Shown: in pieces, positions 56,121 to 64,000 of the stretch | Layout of the letters: each line of letters starts with the position of its first letter | How positions within the stretch are numbered: position 1 is the first letter of the stretch | NCBI GenBank assembly: GCA_965224705.1 | Contig: OZ245056.1 | Span: 1-64,000, forward strand | Source of the DNA: Spirochaetaceae bacterium | GTDB lineage: Bacteria > Spirochaetota > Spirochaetia > DSM-2461 | Reading direction: 5' to 3' | DNA length: 64,000 bases | Notes under the pieces: generated by a model | What the model was told of the DNA's origin: nothing | The model's input: the letters and a program-made list of their open reading frames with translations, nothing else | The model's database searches: none | Translations under genes and position numbers: made by a program

Positions 56121-56579
56121 GTGGAGAATGCTATGCTGAGAAAAGCTGTTGTTGCTGATATTGGACAGACCGATGTCTGGTTATTGATGCTGGATGAGGT
56201 AGAAAAAGCTCATGAAGAAGCCTGTCATCAAGATGTCGGCTGTGGTTCATCAGGCTGTGGATGCCGTGTAAGCGGCAGGCGGTTCAGGGCAGCTAAACCA
56301 GCAGATTTTGCGATAAAACCTGGTGATACCGTAGAAGTTTCCTCTCCGGCAGGTCTGGGAGCTTCATTGCTTATACTGGGAATTCCAGTTGTCGGAGCAA
56401 CGGCTGTCTGGTTTGTTATTACCAGGTTCTTCCCCAATGCTGCGGAAGGCTTTACCGCCCTCGGAGCCTTTCTTGGTGCCATTATTGCCGGCGGACTGGC
56501 ATTCATCCCCGGCAGCCGAAGGGGAAGGAAACGTCTGCCGGAGATTGTCGCCACTGTGGAATCAGGGTCGACTCCGTGA
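56121..56579 (+). CDS. RseC/MucC-like protein
   Basis: ACxxxxGCGSSGCGC Cys cluster, PGDTVEV, two TM helices; divergent from the nqr-like operon. Confidence 0.75.
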   Translation: MENAMLRKAVVADIGQTDVWLLMLDEVEKAHEEACHQDVGCGSSGCGCRVSGRRFRAAKPADFAIKPGDTVEVSSPAGLGASLLILGIPVVGATAVWFVITRFFPNAAEGFTALGAFLGAIIAGGLAFIPGSRRGRKRLPEIVATVESGSTP

Positions 56580-57223
56580 AGAATAGATTTTTGACAATCC
56601 TGATTCTCCCTGCTATTCTGGCCGCAGCCGTCAGCACCGCATGGACACAGTCGGTCAACTCAATTCTCCGCCAGGCCGTTGAACTCACAGGAACTCCCTA
56701 CCGAAGTGGGGGGATGAATCCCGGAGGCTTCGACTGTTCCGGATTCGTTGTCTATCTTTACAGACCGGCCTTACCCGATATACCGCGAATATCAAAACAT
56801 ATCGCCGGCATCGGGAAGAGTGTTGCAGCCAGGCAATGGCGGCCAGGCGACCTTCTATTCTATGCGACCGGTGCCGATCCAGACCAGATCAATCACGTTG
56901 CGATATGGTACAGCGAGAATCAAATCATCCATAGTATTTCCGGCGGCCCGGAGACAGGCGTTGTGATAACTCCGGCTGACAGCCGTTATTGGAAGAACCG
57001 CTATGTTCTGGCCAGACGGGTGCTGCCCCTGGAAGAAGTGATTGATGAACTGCCGCTTCCAGAACCAGTAGAATCGACTGAATCCCCAAAAGAGATGCCG
57101 CCTCCAACTCATCGGGAGAAATCCCCATGGGACGATTTCGATGGCATTCTTCGCGGTGATTTTGATGCCTGGAAGAAAGCCGATGACGCAGCATTCGAAG
57201 CGTTTAAAAAGAAGAATGGGTGA
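56576..57223 (+). CDS. Exported NlpC/P60 (C40) peptidase
   Basis: GTPYRSGG, GFDCSGF, PGDLLFY, HVAIW. Confidence 0.9.
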   Translation: MKNRFLTILILPAILAAAVSTAWTQSVNSILRQAVELTGTPYRSGGMNPGGFDCSGFVVYLYRPALPDIPRISKHIAGIGKSVAARQWRPGDLLFYATGADPDQINHVAIWYSENQIIHSISGGPETGVVITPADSRYWKNRYVLARRVLPLEEVIDELPLPEPVESTESPKEMPPPTHREKSPWDDFDGILRGDFDAWKKADDAAFEAFKKKNG

Positions 57224-57262
57224 TTTATGCAGATTCCCCGAGTTCCTGCCTGAACAGTATAA

Positions 57263-58126
57263 TCAGTTCCACTCTTCCGGACATACGGCCAGAGACCATA
57301 CACCCGATTTATCATGCCATCGTGCAATAACTGCAAACCCCCGAATACTTCCGAATCCTTTGCCATAGGCTGCCGAAGAAGTTTCCGTGCGCGACCAGGT
57401 CGCAGATGATCGAGTTCTTTCAATCGCCAGAGAGCTGTTTTCCCCATGAATCCTGAGAATCATCGCGGCCAGGGCTGCTTCATCAGCTCTTCTAATCGTC
57501 CTGATCAGCGTGCTCTGCTCAGCTCCCAGTCCCACAGCGATCACCCACCCCGGGATTACCGGGGGCCTGTTTATCCATGAAGGCCTGCCTCCCACGTAGT
57601 CGGGCTGCCAGTTCAGGCGGGGGATATCCGGTTTTTCCAGCTCAAACTTCACCCATGTTCCCTCTTCAGTCACCCATATCTCTCTGGCTCTCATGTTTTC
57701 GATGGCCAGATCCATGGCCTCACCATCATAGTAGGCCCGGGTTCTCTCTGCAAAATTCGCCCCCTGCTGATTGCTTATCATGAAATCCTGGCTGGATCCC
57801 CAGAACTCCGAGAATACACCGGCCTGGAGTGCGGCATTTTCAAGTGCCAGCAATTTCTCCTCCTCCCTGTTGGAACGACGGGGACCAGCCGCCACAAAGA
57901 AAAGAGAATCACCGGAGAACCTGCTGTCCCAGAGCCAGGGAGGAATGCCGTCTTCTGTTACTTCAGCCTGGACAGGATTAGATTTCTCGGGCGTTTTCTC
58001 AAGGGTAATGCAGGAGGCAATCGTTGTGATTAAGACTGCTGCCGCAATGATGCATGGAGTCTGTTTCCTTAAATTTTGATCTTCCGAATACAATGTCTGC
58101 AAGCAGAAGGACTTCAGGAATTTCAC
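57263..58126 (-). CDS. Putative lipoprotein (LPP20-like repeats); start uncertain
   Basis: Lipobox-like IASC; PPWL and RPSWI...AVG..A motifs. Confidence 0.6.
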   Translation of the reverse strand: MKFLKSFCLQTLYSEDQNLRKQTPCIIAAAVLITTIASCITLEKTPEKSNPVQAEVTEDGIPPWLWDSRFSGDSLFFVAAGPRRSNREEEKLLALENAALQAGVFSEFWGSSQDFMISNQQGANFAERTRAYYDGEAMDLAIENMRAREIWVTEEGTWVKFELEKPDIPRLNWQPDYVGGRPSWINRPPVIPGWVIAVGLGAEQSTLIRTIRRADEAALAAMILRIHGENSSLAIERTRSSATWSRTETSSAAYGKGFGSIRGFAVIARWHDKSGVWSLAVCPEEWN

Positions 58127-59553
58127 TGCTTCATAATCCTGTTCAAGCTCTCAAAATCCTTGAGAAGCAGGGCATTTTGAGGAAGTATTGACAGTCCTTC
58201 CAGAATATACGCACGAGCCTGATCAAATTCCTTTTTTCGATATGACCGGACAAACTGGTTATGAAATGCGGCCGCTGTACTCTGTTCAAAGGAATCCAGC
58301 ATCCTCTTCCATTGGGGAATTCCTGCCAGTTCAGGAGGGGCATTTCTCAGGAATTTCAATCCTTCAATCCAGTTTTTTCCTGCTGACAGTCTGTTTGCTT
58401 CCGTAGACCAGATGTAAAGCGATAATTCAGACCACCTGTCCAATGTGATAATGCCATCATTCAACGCTGAATCAACGGAAGCCGCAGCTTCAGAGAAGGG
58501 ACTGTTTTTGATTTCATCCTCCAGAATCCACTTTCTAACTTCATTGTACTTCTCTTTAACGTACGAAGGCGGCAGCAGGGCCGTGAATCTACTATCCTCA
58601 ATGAAATTCAGCGCATCATCAAATTCATGGGCTCTTCCATGGCGTGTCAGTTGATTACTGAAGAGAATTTTCGCACTCTTCTCCAACCCATGCCCGGCAC
58701 CCAGCAGCCGGGCCGCTTTGCTCAGCATGACCAGAGCTTCTTCGTTATTGTTGTGATTATCGCTTTCCGCAGCAGCATTGTTGAGAGACTGTATGAAATC
58801 CTCCCGGGCAGTATCAGTTCCGGACAGAGTCCACTGATCCAGTGCCAGGCCAACGGCCGGCTGCCAGTTATTCGATTGATGGAGGAAGGCTATGCGATTC
58901 TGAAAGATGAGGGAGATGAGTTCTTTATGATTTATATCTCTCCGTTGTTTATAGTTACTTGGAGGGACATAGGCAAACCCTATCCGACCTTCAACCAGAT
59001 CCAGTATCTCCTGCCTGGAACCGGGATCAAAGCCGTAGTAATTGGTTGTTTCCACATCAATACCATTTCCAATATTGGGAAGCCTACAGAAAGCATGATC
59101 CCTGGTGACGACTCCCCTGATTTCAAGACCGATGGAACGGGTAAGGATCAGGTAAAAGACGGCTGAGGATACACAGTTATATTCACCGGTATCCAGAAGG
59201 ATATCCATGCGTGTCTGAGTCTCTACATAACGAGTAAGGTAATTATCATGCATCCATTTAAGAAGCGCCTCGCTATCGGCCATATCATTGCCGGTTGCTG
59301 TTGCTGCTGCTTTGCGGGAAATATCCAGATACCGGCCCGTATATCCTTCAATACGGTCACTCTCAACTCCAGAAGCGATGAGGGAAGACTGGATCAATGC
59401 TTTGACGGAAAGTGGTTCCGGCATTGCGGAAAAGGAGACTATTTCCCTGGTAGGTACAAGGCGAACCTCTCCAGAAACCATGCCGGGAACGAATGCCAGA
59501 GTGAGCAGGAGGATGTATCCAGATGTATTTCTGAACGAGAGATTTTCGCCCAT
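58123..59553 (-). CDS. Exported transglutaminase-like cysteine-triad protein with helical C-terminus; start uncertain
   Basis: YNCVSS, DHAFC, DVETT triad; signal-like stretch after Met 59553. Confidence 0.7.
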   Translation of the reverse strand: MGENLSFRNTSGYILLLTLAFVPGMVSGEVRLVPTREIVSFSAMPEPLSVKALIQSSLIASGVESDRIEGYTGRYLDISRKAAATATGNDMADSEALLKWMHDNYLTRYVETQTRMDILLDTGEYNCVSSAVFYLILTRSIGLEIRGVVTRDHAFCRLPNIGNGIDVETTNYYGFDPGSRQEILDLVEGRIGFAYVPPSNYKQRRDINHKELISLIFQNRIAFLHQSNNWQPAVGLALDQWTLSGTDTAREDFIQSLNNAAAESDNHNNNEEALVMLSKAARLLGAGHGLEKSAKILFSNQLTRHGRAHEFDDALNFIEDSRFTALLPPSYVKEKYNEVRKWILEDEIKNSPFSEAAASVDSALNDGIITLDRWSELSLYIWSTEANRLSAGKNWIEGLKFLRNAPPELAGIPQWKRMLDSFEQSTAAAFHNQFVRSYRKKEFDQARAYILEGLSILPQNALLLKDFESLNRIMKQ

Positions 59554-59728
59554 CCGGGTGCAGCGCGCAGCCAGACCGCATGAACATTGTAACAGCGCCG
59601 CAACGGTAAAGAGGATTGAGTCAGGAACTGAGCGTAAACTGTTTTTTTCAGGGGTGCCCCTGGGCATATTACTGGCAACAGTCAGAGTCATGATATATAT
59701 TGTATTCTTTGTTGAGAAGGAGAGCAAT

Positions 59729-60679
59729 ATGTCCCCGGATTATGATATTGTGGTAATCGGCAGCGGACCGGCCGGTATGACAGCGGCTCAGTACGCAGCA
59801 AGGGCCAATCTTGACGTTCTTGTTATTGAGGAAATGGCTCCCGGCGGGGCCATGCTGCTCATCAACGAAATGGAGAATTATCCGGGATTTCCCGATCCAA
59901 TCAACGGGTACGAAATCAGCGACAGGATGCGGAAACAAAGTGAAAACTTCGGAGCTGAATTCAGAATGACCACAGCGAATTCCATAACCAGGGAGGAAAA
60001 TATATTCACGATTGAAACAAGCGAAGGCAAAGTGACATCCTGGACCGTTATCTTATCGACTGGAGCAAAGCATAAGAACCTGGGTGCATCCGGTGAAAGT
60101 GAATTCTCCGGTCGAGGAGTCTCATACTGCGCCACCTGCGATGGTCCCTTTTTTAAGAACAAAAGGATTCTGGTTGTCGGTGGAGGCGATTCTGCCTGCG
60201 ATGAAGGATCTTATTTAGCCAATCTTACCGACCAGGTTGTATTGATACACAGACGTGATCGTTTCCGTGCACAAAAAACACTGGCAGATCGGATTATCAA
60301 CAACTCACACATCGATGTGAGGTTCAATCATGTTCTGGAGAAGATAGAAGGGGAAAACAAAGTTAATTCTGTTATTCTGAAGCAGCTGGATACCGGGAAA
60401 ACCTATAAGGAGGATATGGATGCCGTTTTCATATTCATCGGATCCATCCCTCAAACCCAGCTCGTCCCGGACATTGAGAAAGATGAGGCCGGGTACATTG
60501 TTACAAATCATAACATGGAAACGCAGATTGACGGTCTTTTTGCTGTAGGAGATGTACGGGCCACACCCTTTCGTCAAGTTGTCGTCGCCTGCGGTGAAGG
60601 AGCCATTGCAGCTCACATGGCTTCGGCTCACATCGATGGGATCAAGGGAAATACTTATGCGGGGTTGAAACAAACTTAG
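59729..60679 (+). CDS. trxB: Thioredoxin reductase
   Basis: AAGGAG SD; IGSGPAG, GVSYCATCDG, GGGDSA, HRR, FAVGD. Confidence 0.95.
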   Translation: MSPDYDIVVIGSGPAGMTAAQYAARANLDVLVIEEMAPGGAMLLINEMENYPGFPDPINGYEISDRMRKQSENFGAEFRMTTANSITREENIFTIETSEGKVTSWTVILSTGAKHKNLGASGESEFSGRGVSYCATCDGPFFKNKRILVVGGGDSACDEGSYLANLTDQVVLIHRRDRFRAQKTLADRIINNSHIDVRFNHVLEKIEGENKVNSVILKQLDTGKTYKEDMDAVFIFIGSIPQTQLVPDIEKDEAGYIVTNHNMETQIDGLFAVGDVRATPFRQVVVACGEGAIAAHMASAHIDGIKGNTYAGLKQT

Positions 60680-60680
60680 C

Positions 60681-62351
60681 ATGCCTCCCCGTTCAATTGT
60701 TCCAGTAATGCTGATCGCTGCTGCGCTCAATCCGGTATTTACAAATTCGCTGCCCCACTTTGATGACGACACTGAACCGCAGGTACTCGCCAGACAGATT
60801 GTCAATTCAATGAGCAGCATCGAAGTCATTGGTCAGGTGCTCATGTTTGGCTACCATGGCGAAAAACCCGATACGAGTATTCTCTCCCTGATCACCAAAA
60901 ATGGTCTGGGTGGAGTGAAAATATTCGGCAATAATGCTAACAACCGGAATCGTCTGGCAGAAACCGTAACGGCCTACCAGAAATCGGCACTTAAACTGCG
61001 TTTTGGAATACCCCTTCTCATTGCCACCGATCAGGAGGGCGGCTGGGTCAGACACATCAGGGGGGGGAGTTCAATAACACCTGGCAATATGGCTCTGGGT
61101 GCGGATCCCATTCCTGGAGATGCCCTGGAAACCGGGCGCATCATCGGCCGGGAACTGGCCGCTGTTGGAGTAAATATGAATTTTGCTCCCACTGTGGACA
61201 TATTCATCGATCCACAGGCCGATGTTCTCGGCCCCCGTACCTTTTCATCCCATCCCGGTTGGACAGGAATCCTCGGCCAGGCATTTGCCCGGGGCCAGGA
61301 AGAACATGGAGTGATCAGTACGGCCAAGCATTTCCCTGGCCATGGTGACACTTCTGAGGATTCTCATGGAACCCTGCCCGTCGTTTACGCTGACCTTGAA
61401 ACTCTTCGGCGGCGTGATTTCCTGCCCTATGAAATGATGATAAAATCTGGACTGCCGGCCATCATGGTGGGACATTTAGCTTTCCCGACAATTACTGGAG
61501 ATCACGTCCCGGCCACTTTCTCGGAAGAATTTCTAACCATTATTCTCAGAAAGGAAATGGGATTCGATGGGATCATCGTTACCGACGATCTTTTCATGGA
61601 CGGTGCCCGTATGAACGGAGATCCCCTCCATCAGGGCAGCTATCGTGCCATGCTTGCCGGAGCTGACCTGCTTCTCGTTTCCCAGGATCGCCGTGCTCAC
61701 AGAGATATATACAGTCGATTCCAGACTGAAATGCTCAGGGACAGGTCATTCAATGACAGAGTCCGGGAAGCAGCCGTAAGAATACTGAAGATGAAAATCA
61801 CATGGCTGAAGGGTCCTGAATCGGTCCCCTACTTCCCAAAACCATCCGAAACTGAACCTGATGAAGCATCCGATTCCAATGAATTCATACTGACCCAGGC
61901 CGCAAGAAGCATCACTCTGGTGAGGGACAAAAGATTTCCAATAAAAAGAGAAGATGCCGGAAAGGTGCTTATTGCCGGGTCCTATCCGGATTTCTTCACC
62001 GAAGGTAGAAATCGTTATCCCAATGCGAAAACCTGGTCACTGGATTTCAACAGAAATACTGAAATTCTCCAGCGTCAAGGCCGGGTACTGGCTCAGGCAG
62101 CCACAGCTTTTGATACGGTTATAGTTCTTCTATCCAGTAAGGAGACGGCGATTCTCCTCAATGAATTGGAAGGAATCGGAGATCGGATTGTGATTATTTC
62201 TGTTCTTTCACCAGCTCACCTTGACAGGCTGGAATGGGCCCGGACGGCTCTGGCAGCCTACGGTACCGGGAAGGAGAGCTTTCAGGCAGCTTTTGCAGCT
62301 CTGGCGGGTGATTTTGTACCTGAAGGCCGACTTCCCATTCCTCTAAAATAG
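60681..62351 (+). CDS. nagZ: GH3 beta-N-acetylhexosaminidase, exported two-domain type
   Basis: DQEGG, KHFPGHGDTSEDSH, TDDLFM. Confidence 0.88.
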   Translation: MPPRSIVPVMLIAAALNPVFTNSLPHFDDDTEPQVLARQIVNSMSSIEVIGQVLMFGYHGEKPDTSILSLITKNGLGGVKIFGNNANNRNRLAETVTAYQKSALKLRFGIPLLIATDQEGGWVRHIRGGSSITPGNMALGADPIPGDALETGRIIGRELAAVGVNMNFAPTVDIFIDPQADVLGPRTFSSHPGWTGILGQAFARGQEEHGVISTAKHFPGHGDTSEDSHGTLPVVYADLETLRRRDFLPYEMMIKSGLPAIMVGHLAFPTITGDHVPATFSEEFLTIILRKEMGFDGIIVTDDLFMDGARMNGDPLHQGSYRAMLAGADLLLVSQDRRAHRDIYSRFQTEMLRDRSFNDRVREAAVRILKMKITWLKGPESVPYFPKPSETEPDEASDSNEFILTQAARSITLVRDKRFPIKREDAGKVLIAGSYPDFFTEGRNRYPNAKTWSLDFNRNTEILQRQGRVLAQAATAFDTVIVLLSSKETAILLNELEGIGDRIVIISVLSPAHLDRLEWARTALAAYGTGKESFQAAFAALAGDFVPEGRLPIPLK

Positions 62352-62355
62352 TTCC

Positions 62356-63207
62356 GTGAATTTCAGACTTTTGAAAAGGTCTACCTTTAATCAACTGGTA
62401 GAATTTCTTAAAGCTGATGAATGGCAGCATGTCCACCTGACATCACGCTTGAAAGAATCCGGCAATGTACTCCCCTGCACAATTGCTGATGGACGTATCT
62501 GGCTGCTCAGTGATAGGGGAGGGATTCATGGCTGCCTGTACATGGCCAGACATGGTCTTGTCATACCAGTTTTCAAATCACAGGAATTCCATTCCCGGGC
62601 AGAAACCTTTCTACGGAGACTCATAATGAGCCGTCAGAACAGCATTTATTCCGTTACAGGAATGAGATGCCAGGTTGATCTCATCGTAAACCTGTCCAGC
62701 ACAAAACCGGTTCACAATGTGCATTACAGAATGCTGACGTATGATTCACAGAAGAGCAGAGATGAAATCAGGAATCCTTCTATCAGGATAGACATGGCTG
62801 ATCCATCAGATTTTGAGAAACTCTGGCCCCTTGAAAAGGCGTATCAGAATGAAGAGGTGGTCAGAGCTGGATACAGTCTGAATGAGAACCATGCCCGAAT
62901 GCTCTTTTCTCATTCCTTGAAGAATCAACTTATATACTATATAACTCTGGGAGGACATACCATTGCCAAGGCCGGTACCAATGCCCGGGGATGGAACTAT
63001 GATCAAATTGGAGGAGTTTATGTCGATCCTGCATACAGAAACAGGGGTATGGGTCGGCAGGTGATGCAGGAACTTCTAAAAGCTGCCGACAGGGAAAACC
63101 GCCGGGTATGCCTTTTCGTCAAAGAAACGAATAAACCAGCTCTGTCGCTGTATTCATCACTGGGATTCAATGACAGGGGAAGTTTCCGTATCTCATACTG
63201 GAGGTAA
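62356..63207 (+). CDS. GNAT-family acetyltransferase
   Basis: QIGGVYVDPAYRNRGMG, NKPALSLYSSLGF. Confidence 0.88.
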   Translation: MNFRLLKRSTFNQLVEFLKADEWQHVHLTSRLKESGNVLPCTIADGRIWLLSDRGGIHGCLYMARHGLVIPVFKSQEFHSRAETFLRRLIMSRQNSIYSVTGMRCQVDLIVNLSSTKPVHNVHYRMLTYDSQKSRDEIRNPSIRIDMADPSDFEKLWPLEKAYQNEEVVRAGYSLNENHARMLFSHSLKNQLIYYITLGGHTIAKAGTNARGWNYDQIGGVYVDPAYRNRGMGRQVMQELLKAADRENRRVCLFVKETNKPALSLYSSLGFNDRGSFRISYWR

Positions 63208-63213
63208 AAAACT

Positions 63214-64000
63214 GTGATTGTACTGATGGTCTGTTCTGAGGCCGTTCCATTTGTTAAATCCGGCGGCCTTGGGGATGTTGTTCCTGCGCTGGCCGGAGCA
63301 TTGAGTAAAAGGGGACACGATGTTGGCCTTCTGATGCCCCGATACTACTCCGTGGATAAAAGCCAACTTGAGAAGCTGGATGAACCCCTGGGCATTCCAA
63401 CCGGTCAGCAGGAATTGTGGTGTGGAGTGTACAGAACCCAACTCCCTGGAAGCCGTGTTCCGATCTGGATGCTGGACAGGGAGGATCTATTCGGCCGTCA
63501 GGGGATCTATGGTCCTGACGGTTCTCATCCCTGGCCTGACAATGCCCTTCGATACGGCTTTCTTTCCATAGCAGCATTTCAATTATCCCGATACCTGAAC
63601 CGCATCCCCGACATTCTTCATCTGCATGACTGGCAGGCAGCCCCAGCGGCCTGGCTTCTGAAAAACTGGGAGCGAAACCGCGGTTTTGAACGAACGGCGT
63701 CTGTACTCAGCATACACAATCTTGGCTACCAGGGTGTTTTTCCCGCATCTGAATCATGGATATTTCCTCCGGAACCTCGAAAACTGGCCCGGGAAAGTCT
63801 CTTCAGAAAAGATGGCATGATGAACTTCCTTGCTGCGGGAATCAATACAGCCGATGCAATCAACACAGTCTCCCCGGCATATGCGAAAGAAATACTCTGT
63901 GCCGAGTATTCTCATGGACTCGACGACATACTGACTGCCAGAGCCGACAAGCTGACAGGCATACTGAACGGGATGGATTACCATGACTGGAATCCGGCCA
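63214..64000 (+). CDS. glgA: Glycogen synthase, partial (runs off window; absent from ORF track)
   Basis: GGAGG SD, GTG start; SEAVPFVKSGGLGDV, HLHDWQ, SIHNLGYQG, TVSPAYAKE, GILNG. Confidence 0.92.
   Translation, partial: MIVLMVCSEAVPFVKSGGLGDVVPALAGALSKRGHDVGLLMPRYYSVDKSQLEKLDEPLGIPTGQQELWCGVYRTQLPGSRVPIWMLDREDLFGRQGIYGPDGSHPWPDNALRYGFLSIAAFQLSRYLNRIPDILHLHDWQAAPAAWLLKNWERNRGFERTASVLSIHNLGYQGVFPASESWIFPPEPRKLARESLFRKDGMMNFLAAGINTADAINTVSPAYAKEILCAEYSHGLDDILTARADKLTGILNGMDYHDWNPA

Noticed and set aside
59288..59728. 147-aa N-terminal extension of TrxB
   Set aside because: It is antisense to the neighbouring gene; ATG 59729 has an AAGGAG SD and the canonical TrxB start

Overview
A 64 kb bacterial chromosome segment, most likely from a free-living spirochaete (inferred from spirochaete-style exported proteins, a PEGA protein, an Ig-repeat/OmpA protein and the prfB-ftsY-lol gene order). 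1-15.7 kb is mobile-element rich: an IS1634-family IS (15-bp TIRs, 6-bp TSD) nested inside a MITE; a tetrapyrrole/cobalamin cluster built from unusual fusions (CobD-CobQ, SirC-HemA, HemC-CobA-HemD whose HemC part lacks the cofactor-anchoring domain); a 1.26 kb IS1/IS1595-like element sharing TIRs with two MITEs; and tRNA-Pro(CGG). 26.7-32.7 kb holds the best candidate for an undescribed system: an 8-gene sulfur operon combining a ubiquitin-like thiocarboxylate module (ThiS-like carrier with masked GG, ThiF-like E1, JAMM protease, MetY-like PLP enzyme) with YeeE, TusA, an exported rhodanese and an exported beta-propeller ending in GFACF, behind an IscR/Rrf2-type operator. A second, modular MITE family (GGAGTCTGTCGGACTT ends) occurs at three loci. 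The rest is mostly housekeeping: dapL, ogt, hflX, msrAB, clpC, lolCDE-like genes, ftsY, frameshifted prfB, rlmKL, an NqrA-less nqrBCDEF-like cluster with rseC, trxB, nagZ and partial glgA. All assignments come from reading motifs by eye; no database searches were run.
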